From NCBI GenBank assembly GCA_951406725.2, contig OX597817.1, forward strand, positions 147,746,001-147,810,000: a stretch of DNA of 64,000 nucleotides, given 5' to 3'. This stretch comes from Octopus vulgaris (lineage: Eukaryota). Both the position numbers and the translations under genes were made by a program. The notes under the pieces were generated by a model. The model was not told the origin of the DNA and ran no database searches. It was given only the letters and a program-made list of their open reading frames with translations. Shown here one piece after another: positions 1 through 12,639 of the stretch; the stretch's first letter is position 1; each line of letters opens with the position of its first letter.

Positions 1-399
1 TGTACGCAAGTTTTAGAGAATGAAATCCAGACAGCCTTTAACCATCAGCTTGATGAACTAAAGCATGAGTTTGGATCTCAGTAGAGTTCTGGGGCAAAAG
101 AATCAAATAGATGTTATATACTGGAATAAATTAGTGCGGTGGGCAAAAATTTCCAAAGATGAAAGCCCGCAGGTGGATCACAAGTTCGAACTCTTATATC
201 TGTGTAAACTTTGTACATCTCTTAATCATTTTTTCCCCTTGTGGAGCATAGGGCCTCAACAGTTGGTTTCCACTTTTTGCGGTCATTGGCTCGCTGCATT
301 AAATATATTAAAAGTAATCAAGTTTTTCTCAGTAGCAGGCGACGATGAGTAAAAGAGTATCAAAATTCCAAGTCATTTATATCCACATCGAGAGACAGG

Positions 400-553
400 T
401 GTGTCTGTGGGATAAGAAGTTTGCTTCCCAGTTACCTAGTTCCGAGTTCAGTCCTACTGCGTGGCACCTTGGCAAGTGTCTTCTACGATGGCTTCGAGTT
501 AACCAAAGATTCGTGAGTGGATTTTGGAGAAGGAAGCTGAAAGATCTCTGTCG
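400..553 (+). mobile_element. tRNA-derived SINE family A, 5' half (degenerate)
   Basis: Matches the head of the fuller copy at 25879-26267 (gagttcagtcctactgcgtggcaccttggcaagtgtcttcta); a family A 3' half follows at about 800-1000 after CA/GT microsatellites. Confidence 0.75.
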
Positions 554-569
554 TACACACACGCACACA

Positions 570-632
<63 letters not shown>

Positions 633-1284
633 CACAACATGCAGGAAAAAGGACGATAGCACGACAACGGCAAGCATGACGAAACAAGGTACACGGATTA
701 TTCGCAGCCAATTGACTCTTCAGTCAGAGTCCGGAATGTCCACATAGTTTCGCCCACTGTGTGTGTGTATGTGTGTGTGTGTGTGTGTGTGTTTGAGTGT
801 GTGTATGTCTTTATGACTGTGTTTGTTCCCCACCTCCGCTTCACAACTGGCGTTGGTGTGTTTACGTCTCCGTAAATTAGTGGTTCGGCAAAAGAAAACA
901 ATAGGACAAGTACCAGACTTTTAACAAAGTAAATCCTGGGGTTATTCTTTCGACAAAAATTCTTCAACGTGGTGTCCCACATAGCCGTGGACTACTCACT
1001 GAGCAAAATACTCGGTAGGATCTTTATCTTTTGACCGGCAGATTTAGAAAAAAGACTTTTGTAACTAAACACTTTTAAACTTCGTATACTAGTAGAATGT
1101 GTCATATAAAATATCTTTTACTCTTTCGTGTTAAAGTTGTCGTATTTCAGTAATTTCAACCAATCAATGACGTGTATTCAGCAGAATAAAATTACTACCG
1201 TTGTTTGTCAACAACTATCGGCGATGTACATTTCGTTTCACTGTTATTTGTGACATTGTTCGTGCGTTTGTACTGGTTTTAGCT

Positions 1285-1410
1285 TTAAGGTTTTGGGGTT
1301 AGTGTTAGGGTTTGGGGGTTAGGACTAGGTTTTTAGGGTTAGGGTTAGGGTTTTAGGGTTAGGGTTAAGATTTTAGGGTTAGGGTTGTGGTTTTAGGGTT
1401 AGAGTTACGG
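1285..1410 (+). repeat. Degenerate interstitial telomere-like repeat (TTAGGG/TTTTAGGG)n
   Basis: Direct reading: ttttagggttagggttagggttttagggttagggtt... Confidence 0.85.
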
Positions 1411-1510
1411 AAAAAAATGAAAAACGAAGCACGAACGATTATGGTGGTGCCATGAAGTAAACAAGCTCCAGATACACTCGTATATTCATAGAAACGTAAC
1501 TGAGATGAAA

Positions 1511-2022
1511 TCTATATATATAAAACTGTAGTTGTGTGAGTGTCTGTCCCCTTCGATTTAGATTCCTAACTACTCCCACATTTTGCGGTGCAGTTTAACC
1601 AAATTCGGGTATCTTATAGTCGTGATTCGTATCAAGCCCGTCTGAGTACTAGCGCGCGTCTACGATGAGTCTACGATTTTAAAAATAATTTAACATCATT
1701 TTTTATTCCATTTTAATGCATAATTTTTCGTGTGTCGATGGCGGCGGAGTTGGCGTCCATGGTCACACCTGCACCTGTTTGCTTCTCCCCCTCCTTCCCT
1801 CCCTCGTGAAGCTGTGGGGAAGGGAGTGTAAGGAAATCAACGTCGTAAAGCGTTGTCAAGGAGACCAGCGTTCTTTTAGAACAACGACTTCATGGCTTGA
1901 AGACACCAAAACAGAAATGGCTAAGAAAGCCCGAATTGGCATCTATAAGGGAAGTAACTCTCTAAAAATGCTTATATAGTTATTTCCCTTACAAACCCGA
2001 GCAACGCCGGGCGATACTGCTG
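1511..2022 (+). mobile_element. Non-autonomous Helitron, nested in the TIR element
   Basis: 5' TC (a|tctatatatataaaa), 3' hairpin cccgagcaacgccggg then gatactgct(a)g; homologous to the copy at 43461-43863, which ends in an intact CTAG. Confidence 0.75.
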
Positions 2023-2845
2023 TTATGACATAAATAACAGTAAAAAACGAAATATACACCGCCGGAGGTTGTTGACAAACAACAGCAGTAATTTTATTCA
2101 GCTGAATACACGTCATTGATTGGTTGGAATTACCGAAATACGACAACTTTAAAACGAAATAACTTCGTAAGAATAAACTTTTCTCAAAAACGCTTAGAGT
2201 AAAAGATGTTTTATATGACACATTCTGCCATTGTTCGAAGTTTGAAAGTGTTTAGTTACAAAAAATTATTTTCAAAATCTGCCGGTCAAAAGGTACATTA
2301 AACATGTTAACTCTACGTTAAATTTTGAGCAACAAATTAGAAATTGAGGAACGTGCGTTGTAATATGTATACCTGCACCTACTCCTCTTCATAATGATTA
2401 CTTCATCTCTGTTGCGGTTAGCGAGTTTAAGCCTTGATAACTACTTCGAATAAAGCCGAAACATCCAAAACATGTCGATCATAATTGCTGAAACGTTAAA
2501 AGATAGTGTTAATTCACTTTTGTTTACTTGCTAAATTAAAAGCTTTAAGCACTTTAATCATAACATTTCCGAATTCAGGGCTGATTTGTTGGTGTAGAAA
2601 ACAAAATTCAAACTCTTGTCACGTATTGTAGAAATAAATTGGCTTAAACAATCACCGCGCACTGCTCGGAAACCGTAAGAGAATGTCGATATGTAAACAA
2701 AATAAAAATCTCTTAATCGTGAGTTTACTATTTGAAAAAGGCCAACAGAACATAATTAAACTAGTCTTCCTAACAACAAAATATTTTACCAATAATATTT
2801 TTAACATTTCTTTAAGTATCACCAAATATTTTAAAGTTAGAGTAA

Positions 2846-3460
2846 GGCGGCAAGCTGGCAGAAACATTAGCACGCCGGGCGAAATGCATAGCCGTATTTC
2901 GTCTGCCGTTACGTTCTGAATTCAAATTCCGCCGTGGTCGACTTTGCCTTTCATCCTTTCGGGGGTCGATAAATTAAGTACCAGTTACGCACTGGGGTCG
3001 ATATAATCGACTTAATCCGTCTGTCTGTCTATCCTTGTTTGTCTCCTCTGTGTTTAGCCCCTTGTGGGTAGTAAGGAAATAGGTATTTCATCTGCCGCTA
3101 CGTTCTGAGTTCAAATTCCGCCGGGGTCGACTTTGCCTTTCATCTTTTCGGGGTCGATAAATTAAGTACCAGTTACGCACTGGGGTCGATGTAATCGCCT
3201 TAATCTCCTTGTCCTTGTTTGTCCCCTCTATATATAGCACTCTCTGGGCAATAAAGAAATAAGAATCGTTTGCACGCCGGGCAAAATGCTGAGCGGAGTT
3301 TCGTCTGTCTTTACGTTCTGAGTTCAAATTCCTTCGAGGTCAACTTTGCCTTACATCCTTTCGGGGGTCGATAAATTAAGTACCGGTCAAGTGTTGGGGT
3401 CAATATACTCGACTATCCTCTCCTCTAAATTTCAGGCCTTTTGTCTATAGTTGAAAGAAT
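2846..3460 (+). mobile_element. tRNA-derived SINE family B, multimeric copy
   Basis: Head ggcggcaagctggcagaa, B-box-like gagttcaaattcc, and core gcctttcatcctttcggggtcgataaattaagtaccag repeated three times. The core resembles the Meta-SINE central domain as I recall it (not verified). Confidence 0.8.
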
Positions 3461-3733
3461 TATAAATTTAGAAGGTCGTTTACATTTATATGTATAATCA
3501 ACAACTTGGAAATGTACTTATCAGAGAAAATTCAATTCTTCGTAATTCGCTCTTTTTAATAGCGATGTTCCAACATTAAATTCCATGGCTCCAATCTCGC
3601 TAATCGATGCCGATCGTTTGCTTTTTACGTGTGAGAATTAAAGAGAAGTACAAAAAGAAAAAAAAAAGCATGACGAAAGTACAAACTGATTCAGAAGTCC
3701 TGTTCTCTTTTAGGTGTTGTGTGGAATTTGTAA

Positions 3734-4315
3734 GGCGGCCAGCTGGCAGAAACATTAGCGCGCCGGGCGAAATGCGTAGCCGTATTTCGTCTGTCGTTAC
3801 GTTCTGAGTTCAAATGCTGCCGAGGTCGACTTTGCCTTTCATCCTTTCGGGGTCGATTAAATAAGTACCAGTTACACACTGGGGTCGAAATATTCGACTT
3901 AATCCGTTTGTCTGTCCTTCTTTGTCCTCTTTGTGTTTCGCCCCTTGTGGGTACTAAAGAAATAGGTATTTCGTCTGCCGTTACGTTCTGAGTTCAAATG
4001 CTGCCGAGGTCGACTTTGCCTTTCATCCTTTCGGGGTCGATTAAATAAGTACCAGTTACACACTGGGGTCGAAATATTCGACTTAATCCGTTTGTCTGTC
4101 CTTCTTTGTCCTCTTTGTGTTTCGCCCCTTGTGGGTACTAAAGAAATAGGTATTTCGTCTGCCGCTACGTTCTGAGTTCAAATTCCGCCGAGGTCGACTT
4201 TGCCTTTCATCCTTTCAGAGTCGATAAATTAAGTACCAGTTTCATCCTGGGGCCGATGTAATCGACTAGCCTTCTCCCTCAAAATTTCAGGCCTTGTGCC
4301 TAGAGTAGAAAAGAA
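3734..4315 (+). mobile_element. SINE family B, multimeric copy with a near-perfect 184-bp internal duplication
   Basis: Units start gtatttcgtctg at 3782, 3966 and 4150. Confidence 0.85.
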
Positions 4316-4956
4316 AAGGATATATGAAATTGGTATGTTTATTTAGTGCTAAATTTTTTTCTTATATATTCTTATATATAGCAACGACGGTATTAAAATT
4401 TGTTTGAACCGGATTATGATAATGTTAAACTAACTTTTGAATCACCGCGTATATTATCAATAGTAACATAATACCAAAGCAGCTACAAAAGAGTTAATAC
4501 GGATACCTGATACTAGATGCGGACATGACAAGCAGAAAGAAAACTATGTCGGCAGAATATGTCGTAGCAGTTGTAGTGATAATTCAACCCGTTATAGAAG
4601 CCATCAACGTTATCAACTTCCTAGATATATTCCTATGTCTACATAATATCGAGACATATCCTTATGTCTATACAGTGTCAAAATATGACATGTAGTAATA
4701 GAATTTGCGCTGATAGAATAATGAGCTCTCGTAGCTATGGTAGTGAAATAATAAAATTGGTTGTTGTTTAATCACAGGCCAGGACAGATAGAATAGATAT
4801 ATGATCAAAGGCAATCGATCTATTATCATAATGTCTTTCTTGCAGACATATTATGTCCAGACCAAGGAGTTTCAATATATTTCTATTTACGAGAACTTTT
4901 AAGCTTCAATAATAATAATAATAATAATAATAATGATAATAATAATAATAATAATA

Positions 4957-5340
4957 CTTTCTACTATAGGCACAAGGCCTGAAATTTCGGGAGAGTTAGT
5001 AAGTCGATTTCATCAACCCCAGTGTTCAGCTGGTATTCATTTTAACGACTCCGAAAGAATGAAAGGTGAAGTCAACCTCAGCGGAAATTGAACTCAGAAC
5101 GTAAAGACGGACAAACGTGCTAACGATTGTGCCAGCTCTTCGTCGTTAATAATAATAATAATAATCCTTTCTACTAAAGGCACAAGGCCTGGAATTTGGG
5201 GGAGGGTACTCGTCGATTGCATCGACTCCAATATTTGACTGGTACCTACTTAATTTACGGACCCCGAAAGTGTGAAAGGCATAGACGACTCCGGCAGAAC
5301 ATAAAGACAGACAAAATAATCCTAAGCATTTTGCCCGGCT
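4957..5340 (-). mobile_element. Two degenerate SINE family B copies abutting (TAA)n tracts
   Basis: Reverse complement of the family B core and tail (ctactataggcacaaggcctgaaattt) occurs twice, at about 4957 and 5166. Confidence 0.7.
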
Positions 5341-5415
5341 GATGCTGCAGATAATACTTTACTACAGCGGCCTTTGCCGGTTAGAGAACTTATTAATTTA
5401 ATTTTAAATTTAAAA

Positions 5416-5720
5416 TAAGGGTGAGAAATTAGATATTAATTTAATTAACATCGATTTCACACCAGTGGTCTAGCATAAAAAACCTGAAGGTTCAGTAAAA
5501 CTGTATTATATATATATATTAGAGGGAAACCATCATGTGGACACCCATATGCTAGAAATAGATCCGCTACGGTCTCACCACCAATAAATGTTCTCCAGAA
5601 AAATTTAGCAAAACAACCGAAAAGTAAACCAAGCCAGACAAAAGAAAAAGTAATAAAAATATGGATTATTCGTATACATGTTTTACTATCAACAAATTAC
5701 GCAATCTTACTTACGTAACT
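5416..5720 (-). mobile_element. Penelope-like pseudo-LTR relic, related to the 15421 and 49121 copies
   Basis: Starts taagggtgagaaattagatattaatttaa like 15432; shares ccagtggtctagcata and gtggaca..tatgctagaa with 49121; retains a decayed hammerhead 3' half (minus strand gtaaaacatgta, about 5673-5686). Confidence 0.6.
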
Positions 5721-5737
5721 TACGTAATTGTCCGTAG

Positions 5738-6330
5738 ATATGGCGTAGCGGTTAAAAACGCGGGCTATTAATCCCAAAATTAGCCCTGATGCAGTACCAG
5801 ACAGTGGATCTCATGGCTTCTGATCTTAACTGTTTGGAAATGTAATCATGTACATTGTTTTGTCTTGGTATAAAAGATGAGCTACAGCAAATATTCTACT
5901 CAATACTACAGATTTGTTTGTCAGTTGTTTGACCTTAACCAGTTGAGCATGTTCCTTAGTGGCTGACAATATGTGCATCTCTGATCATGAGCAGAAGTAG
6001 TGGAGGAGCATCATAGCCATGTGTTGAGATGGCTTCTTTGGGGTTTGGATAATTCACCTTTGGAAACATGAGTGGCTCGTTCGACATCCTTAATCCTCAT
6101 TCAGGGACCTTTTGAGTGGGGTGGGCTACTCGACCAAAAGAAAATTCTAACAGGGGCCCCACCTGCAAGGTCATGCACTGTTTATATTAATATGAGATCA
6201 CCATGTCGCGCACATACGGTTGTGATGAATGTGCCTGGTGTACCCATATCAGACGGGTTGTCATGATGGGTATACGGGGCTTCGTATATTTTACGCCAGT
6301 GTCACTTTGATGGCATGCACTGCTCTCTCA
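5738..6330 (+). repeat. Interspersed repeat, probably retroposon-derived, with a truncated tRNA-like head
   Basis: A-box-like tggcgtagcggtt at about 5741; sequence ends in a (TAA)n tail; family not identified and no second copy in the window. Confidence 0.35.
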
Positions 6331-6365
6331 ATAATAATGATAATAATAATAATAATAATAATAAT

Positions 6366-6426
<61 letters not shown>

Positions 6427-6484
6427 GCAACAACATCGAAAAACAACCTTAGGAATGAGAACCCAGGTCCGAAATTTCCCCCAA

Positions 6485-6530
6485 GACACCTGAAGAACGC
6501 TGGAGTGTATATCAGCCGAAACGTTGTGTT
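6485..6530 (+). ncRNA. Minimal type-I hammerhead ribozyme motif
   Basis: gacac-CTGAAGA-acgctg..cagcc-GAAA-cg-TT-gtgtt: stem I gacac/gtgtt, palindromic stem III acgt, predicted GUU cleavage site. Confidence 0.65.
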
Positions 6531-7241
6531 AACAACAAACAAGTTGCGGACAAATATACGTAAAATGTAAATAATGTATTTAGTCTTATTTCAGAATTAA
6601 GCAGTCGGTAAACGAATCATACACGGTGTTCCAATCTACAGTACGAACTATTCCGTGATAGAGTGTGTTGAAGCATCTTTCCTCGACTCCATGCATGTAG
6701 TATAATCTTGTATCTAATGACAACGTGGAGTGGTGTGAGGAAAATTTGACTGCAGTTTTTAGTGAGCTACATGACCACGTTAGAAGCTCCTACTATGCCT
6801 CATAATTCATCAATTGATTTCAAACCTCAACGCTATCAATTTTCTCTGTTCCCACGTCTAAAATATTGTTCGCCATAGAACGAGAGGAGATAATGTCTTA
6901 TCAATGTAACTAACTTAGACAAAGAAATAATCGTTGCAATAGAGGAATTAAAAATATTGCTTTGCCTTCAGCCAAGAACAAAACAGCATTCAACCTGAAG
7001 TACGTAGACTACTACAACCACTCAACAACCCTACAAACACACACACCCATACACACACACGCCCACACACACACACGCGCGAATAGACAGAAGCGGACAC
7101 ACACACTCACTCAGTCGCTCGTCGATACTCAAAGGCTGTCAGTTTTTCGATGTTTTATGTAACTATGATACAATAACATTGTTATCTACAGCTATGCAAT
7201 TAAAAACAGTATCACTAGACACGGCATTATCGACAGCAAAA

Positions 7242-7273
<32 letters not shown>

Positions 7274-7371
7274 CCTTCATCAATATCCTTTCTCCGCACA
7301 ATCATTATTATCATCGTCGTTATCGTCGTCATCATCATCGTCATCGGCGGCTGCGCCGCCACCTTCGCTAT

Positions 7372-7459
7372 CTTCTTCTTCTTCTTCTTCTTCTTCTTCT
7401 TCTTCTTCTTCTTCTTCTTCTTCTTCTTCTTCTTCTTCTTCTTCTTCTTCTTCTTCTTC
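7372..7459. repeat. (CTT)n microsatellite within a compound CAT/CTT/TAC triplet block (about 7240-7610)
   Basis: Direct reading. Confidence 0.95.
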
Positions 7460-7914
7460 GTTTACCACACAACCATTAATGCAAATATAAAACTAGCCAC
7501 AGCAAATGAACAATTCACTGCTACTACTGCTGCTGCTGTTACTACTACTACTACTACAACTACTACTCCTACTACTACTACTACTACTAATAATAATAAT
7601 AATAATATTGCCTCTGCTGTCGCCGTAGTAGTAGTACTGCTGGCAAAGCACTTAATGCATTCTACATAATACTCCGGTTCTATTATAGATTGGTGTTCTT
7701 TATATTCTGTTTCACAACGATAAAATACAGTTTTAGGCAATTACTAAGGTTTAATGCTGGTTTCAAATTTTGACAAACGGCCAGGAAGAAAAAGTAAGTC
7801 GATTACATCGACCCCCAGTACTCAACTGGCACTTATTTTATCGATGTGGAAAGAAAAAGAGTCAATGTTGACCTCGGCGGAATATGAACTCATAACGTAA
7901 AGACGGATGATGAA

Positions 7915-7993
<79 letters not shown>

Positions 7994-8019
7994 TGTATAC
8001 ATATATATATATACATATA

Positions 8020-8185
8020 TACAACGGGCTCCTTTCAGTTTCCGTCTACCAGATCCACTCACAAGGCTTTGGTCGGCTCGAGGCTATAGTAGAAGACACC
8101 TGCCCAAAGTGCCACGCAGTGGGACTGAACCCGGAACCATGTGGTTCGTAAGAAAGCTACTTACCACACACCTTCTCCTACACCT
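8020..8185 (-). mobile_element. SINE family A, 5' half
   Basis: Reverse complement of the family A head (ccacgcagtgggactgaacccggaaccatgtgg). Confidence 0.8.
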
Positions 8186-8269
8186 ATAACCAACACAGAG
8201 TTTCGTATTTGTTCTTTCTTTTGTATTTCATCCCTCTACTTTTCCACATACCTTGGGGCCTTGCGAGCG

Positions 8270-8850
8270 GGAGAAATGCTTAGCGGTATTTCGTCTGCCG
8301 TTACGTTCTGAATTCAAATTCCGCCGAGGTCGACTTTGCCTTTCATCCTTTCGGGGTCGATTAAATAAGTACCAGTTACGCACTGGGATCGATATAATCG
8401 ACTTAATCCGTTTGTCTGTCCTTGTTTGTTCTCTATGTGTTTGGCTCCTTGTGGGTTGTAAAGAAATAGGTATTTTGTCCGCCGCTACGTTCTGAGTTCA
8501 AATTCCACCGAGGTCAAATTTGCCTTTCATCATTTCGGGGTCGATAAATTAAGTACCAGTTACGCACTGGGGTCGATGTAATCGAATTAATCCGTTTGTC
8601 TGTCCTTGTTTGCCTCCTCTATGTTTAGCTCCTTGTGGGCAATAAAGAAATAAGAAACGTTAGCATGCCGATTAAAACACTGGGCAGCGTTTCGTCCGTC
8701 TTTGTATCCTAATTAAAATTTCGCTGGTATCGACTTTGTTTTTCAGCCTTTCGTGGTCAACAAAGTACGTACCTGCTGAACACTGTGTGTCGATACAATC
8801 GTATTACCACCTTTCCTAAAATTGCTGGCCTTGTACCAAAATTTCAATTT
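8270..8850 (+). mobile_element. SINE family B, multimeric copy
   Basis: Three copies of the family B core. Confidence 0.75.
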
Positions 8851-8925
8851 AGTATGTAGTCATCACACTTTGTGTTTCGAGTTCAAATCCTGCTGAGGTG
8901 TAAATTTTCAATTTTCCACTATTAA

Positions 8926-9315
8926 TCTATATGTATAAAGTTGAAGCTGTCTGTGTATGGCAGGTTTAGTAGCCTTCAACTAACACTATCTCCTCCGAGA
9001 CCCTGCGGCGCAGGTTGACCAAAATTGAAGGTATGATAGAAGAAGGCTTGCTCTCCCTTCCGTAGGAGAAAAAATTCAAATCGGATCATGTTAACACCAA
9101 AAACTATTTACATCAAAAAGGTGCTTTTTTTCTATGAAAATCCCTAATTTTTACGATTTTTTGACTGCTGTGTCACCATTTTTCGGTGGATTTCAACGAG
9201 TAAACTGTTCACTTAAAGAGAATAACAAGCTACATAATGCAAAATTTTTACTTTTCAAAAATTCCAATTCTAAAGGGTCGAAACAAATCCGAGCAATGCC
9301 GGGCGATACGGCTAA
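8926..9315 (+). mobile_element. Non-autonomous Helitron, second family
   Basis: a|TCtatatgtataaag start; 3' hairpin ccgagcaatgccggg then gatacggCTAA|t; termini match the 1511 and 43461 elements but the interior differs. Confidence 0.65.
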
Positions 9316-9455
9316 TATTGTATAATACCAGTTAAAAACTCGGCTCAATTTAATCAGCAAGCAGATTTATTCCCCATAAAAACTTTGGCCTTGTGGCAAA
9401 TCATATAGCATTATTTAGAGACGGCATTCTGTCCTGGAGCCGATTCCAAACCTAC

Positions 9456-9739
9456 TTGTGAATATCCTTTCTTGCTGCCACAAACACAGCCGACAGCATC
9501 ATTCTTCTCTCGCATCACAAATACCACCACGCTAAGATCATTCGCCATTGAGATATCATCTACCACTACTACGGCTGCTGCCATTGACTTGATGTCTACA
9601 AAAGTATGGAATCTCTTGGAACTAATCAAAGAACTGACTAAAGAGATTCGCTGCCAAGTGATGCGGAACGATCTCGAAATAAGGAAATCCCGCAGATTCT
9701 GGGATTGCAGAAGATGTTTGGTCAGTTGTTCTGCTAACT
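9456..9739 (-). CDS. Candidate host-gene exon, unknown product
   Basis: Non-repetitive island between repeats; minus-strand acceptor tgtttcttag| and donor |gtaggt; open frame [20 protein letters not shown]...CGSKKGYSQ. The plus strand is also open. No recognisable domain. Confidence 0.25.
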
Positions 9740-9888
9740 CTAAGAAACACATACACAAACACACACACATAAACACATATGTATGCATGCATATATATAT
9801 ATATATGTATGTATGTGTGTTTGTGTGTGTGTGTGTTTGTATATATATGTATGGGGGATGCGTATTTGTATACCTATATATGCATGTA

Positions 9889-9930
<42 letters not shown>

Positions 9931-9952
9931 TAGATAGATATATTATATGCAC

Positions 9953-9985
<33 letters not shown>

Positions 9986-10023
9986 TATATAGATATATAT
10001 ATATATATATAGATATATATATA

Positions 10024-10057
<34 letters not shown>

Positions 10058-10127
10058 TAGATAGATGTATATATGCACACATATATATATAGATATATAT
10101 ATATGCATATATATATATATGTGTGTA

Positions 10128-10158
<31 letters not shown>

Positions 10159-10356
10159 GTGTGGGTGTGTGTATATATATTTATATGTCTATATACATAC
10201 ATGTATATACGTGTGTGTTATGCGTATGTATAGTTTTAGAGTGTGAATGTGTGGTTATATACACAGATACACATACACAAATGAAAAACTACAAATGTGT
10301 ATAAACATACAAAACACAAATCCCCACACACGCATGCGCGCACACACACAAGCACT

Positions 10357-10398
<42 letters not shown>

Positions 10399-10699
10399 CA
10401 TACCCACACACCCGAACACAAAACACATATTCAATTGATTAACATGTGAACGCTCTCCTTATTGTCATGTTTATGAGTTTAGGAGTTCTTGTATTTCTTC
10501 TTTGTTTGTTTGTTTGTTTTCTATTTTTTTTCTTCTTTTTTTTTTTCTTATTTGCTAAGCAATCTTTTGATCAATAGTATCGAGTTGGATTAAATGGATT
10601 TTTCCGCAGTGATGGATCTCCCATCATGGCATTTCACGAAGAAATAAAACCAGAGAAAAAAAAAAAACCAAAAAATCTTCAAGTGCAGCAACATCACAC

Positions 10700-10781
<82 letters not shown>

Positions 10782-10994
10782 TGAATATCAAGAGTAACTG
10801 TTAGCCCTCTCTGACCAGCTGCCGAGAGAAGAAAATACGGATTCTAAATGATGGACTTTTGCAGTTTGAAGATTGAATGGTATTTTACTTGATGCTGTTG
10901 CTGTTGCCGTGGACGACTATAGAGAAGGTTTTCTTGTGTTCTCTGTGTGCATTCCTTTTGTGTGTATGTGTGTGTGTATGAGTGTGTCTGTGTG

Positions 10995-11041
<47 letters not shown>

Positions 11042-11566
11042 AAGAAAGAAAGAGGGGAAGAGAGAGTGTGTGTATTATTGTGAGTAAGAGAAACGTGGTG
11101 AGAGCTACTCAGTACAGAAATGTCTGTGTCGTTAAGACTTTCGATGTGCCAATCAGTCAGTTATTTACTTTTTCGGTTTCAATCTCACCACGCGGCACAT
11201 TAAGGAAAGTTGCTTTCAACCATTATCTTGATGAACAAACGCCTTGTGAATGGAATTTGGTAGATGGGAATTGAGTGAAAATTTCTACAGTAGATTTAAT
11301 ACATCTTTGGCTTCAATACATCTGCCTGCCACTCCTGTGTCTTCACGGAAATTCGTTCTGTTATAAATTGCCTGTCTAGATTTCAGATCCAAGAATAACA
11401 TACGCCATTTGAAGTAGTATTTCTCCATCCATTTTTTCCATGTCTCATTTAGTTTCAAACAAGACGAGAAAAAAAAATAATAAAACCTATGTTTCACCTT
11501 GAACGAGCAAAGATAGTATAGAGCAAACATACACACACACAGACATACACACATATATATATACAT

Positions 11567-11609
<43 letters not shown>

Positions 11610-11614
11610 TTCAA

Positions 11615-12600
11615 GGGAGAATTCGGGTAGGTTCAATAATTTAGAATCATAATACAACATATATTCAGCTATAAAACCGGTGTATGCGAATTATTAAAAT
11701 ATATTTAATGAACCACTCATTAAAATACTGATAAATATTAAACATTTACAGATACATAAATATATAAAAATATAATGTGTGTGTGTGTTTGTGTGTGAGA
11801 GGAAAATCTATATTGAAGTATAAAAATATATTATCATCTTAAAAAGTATATAATAAAGACAGCGTCCTACTTATGGATTAAAAAGATATTTAAAAATATA
11901 TAAAAAAATAAGTGTAAATCCTTGCAAAAATGTGAATAACGAGATGTTTAAGCAGCCATATGGAAGGTAAAGTTTCCAATCCTTAGATGGAGGTGCTCCA
12001 ATTACAAGAATTAAGTGGTGATACACCGACGGCCGTTTCAAGGGTACAGTAATCCATTGAATAAAGGATGTTGCTATACAAATTTTCGAGACCACCTTCT
12101 TCATCAGAGTGAATGTGTTAGGTAAAGATTCATATCTCATATACTGCGATAACGAGTGTTTGGTTTTATAAAGAGTTATGCCTGTTAGCAGGAACAGGAA
12201 ATATTATAGCAAGAATTGTGGAAGTAAATTTAGAAAATTTGATAGATTATAAGCAAGTACTCAGTCACTAAGAGAAATGTGGGCGTGAGTGCGAATATAA
12301 ATATTAGGTGGAATGTAACTAATTATAGAGTTTAATGATCAATCTGTCCAGATTGATCAAAATGCTTAAATGTTGAATGGTATCTATGGTTACAAGGGTA
12401 CATAGCATCCTAGAACTTATTCAATAATATAGAGTTATATCGACGGAGAATACTTATAGATTCTTTAATAGATAGTTTACATACATGCGTAATTGCATTA
12501 TACAGAAGGGCTTCTGTTATTATAGACCAAGATAATGAATGTTGTACATTCTTTAGCTTAAGTTTGCGTATATATGTCCCTATGCGAGAGCGTCGTAGTA
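11615..12600 (-). mobile_element. Degenerate Penelope-like element 3' end: GIY-YIG C-terminal region plus pseudo-LTR
   Basis: Manual translation of about 12595-12360 gives RSRIGTYIRKLKLKNVQHSLSWSIITEALLYNAITHVCKLSIKESISIL..LLNKF*..YPCNHR, which aligns by eye with the C-terminus at 32700-33084; ends next to (TA)n. Confidence 0.6.
12024..12111 (-). ncRNA. Hammerhead ribozyme motif with a long stem II insertion
   Basis: Minus strand: cact-CTGATGA-agaagg...cctt-GAAA-cggccg-TC-ggtg; palindromic stem III acggccgt; GUC site. Confidence 0.65.
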
Positions 12601-12639
12601 TCAGCCCAGTTACTAGATCAAAGATCGTATTACATCATC

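Larger units (their letters stand above)
1027..2293. mobile_element. Non-autonomous TIR DNA transposon with about 230-270 bp inverted repeats and an internal TTAGGG-like tract
   Basis: 1027-1257 is the reverse complement of about 2023-2293 (cttttgaccggcagattt... / ...aaatctgccggtcaaaag), apart from a roughly 37-bp indel; TA on both flanks; no transposase ORF. Confidence 0.8.

Noticed and set aside
1-352. 95-aa ORF and unique-looking sequence at the window start
   Set aside because: No recognisable motif or clear splice signals; cannot be supported.
1285-1410. Possible true telomere or chromosome fusion site
   Set aside because: Short, degenerate, single orientation and enclosed by the TIRs of a transposon.
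2375-2490. Minus-strand exon-like segment with ttttaacgtttcag acceptor and cag|gtatac donor
   Set aside because: Stop codons in all three frames; it could only be non-coding and there is no further evidence.
2846-4315. Regularly spaced repeats suggestive of a CRISPR array
   Set aside because: Units are whole SINE segments without unique spacers; eukaryotic context; no cas genes.
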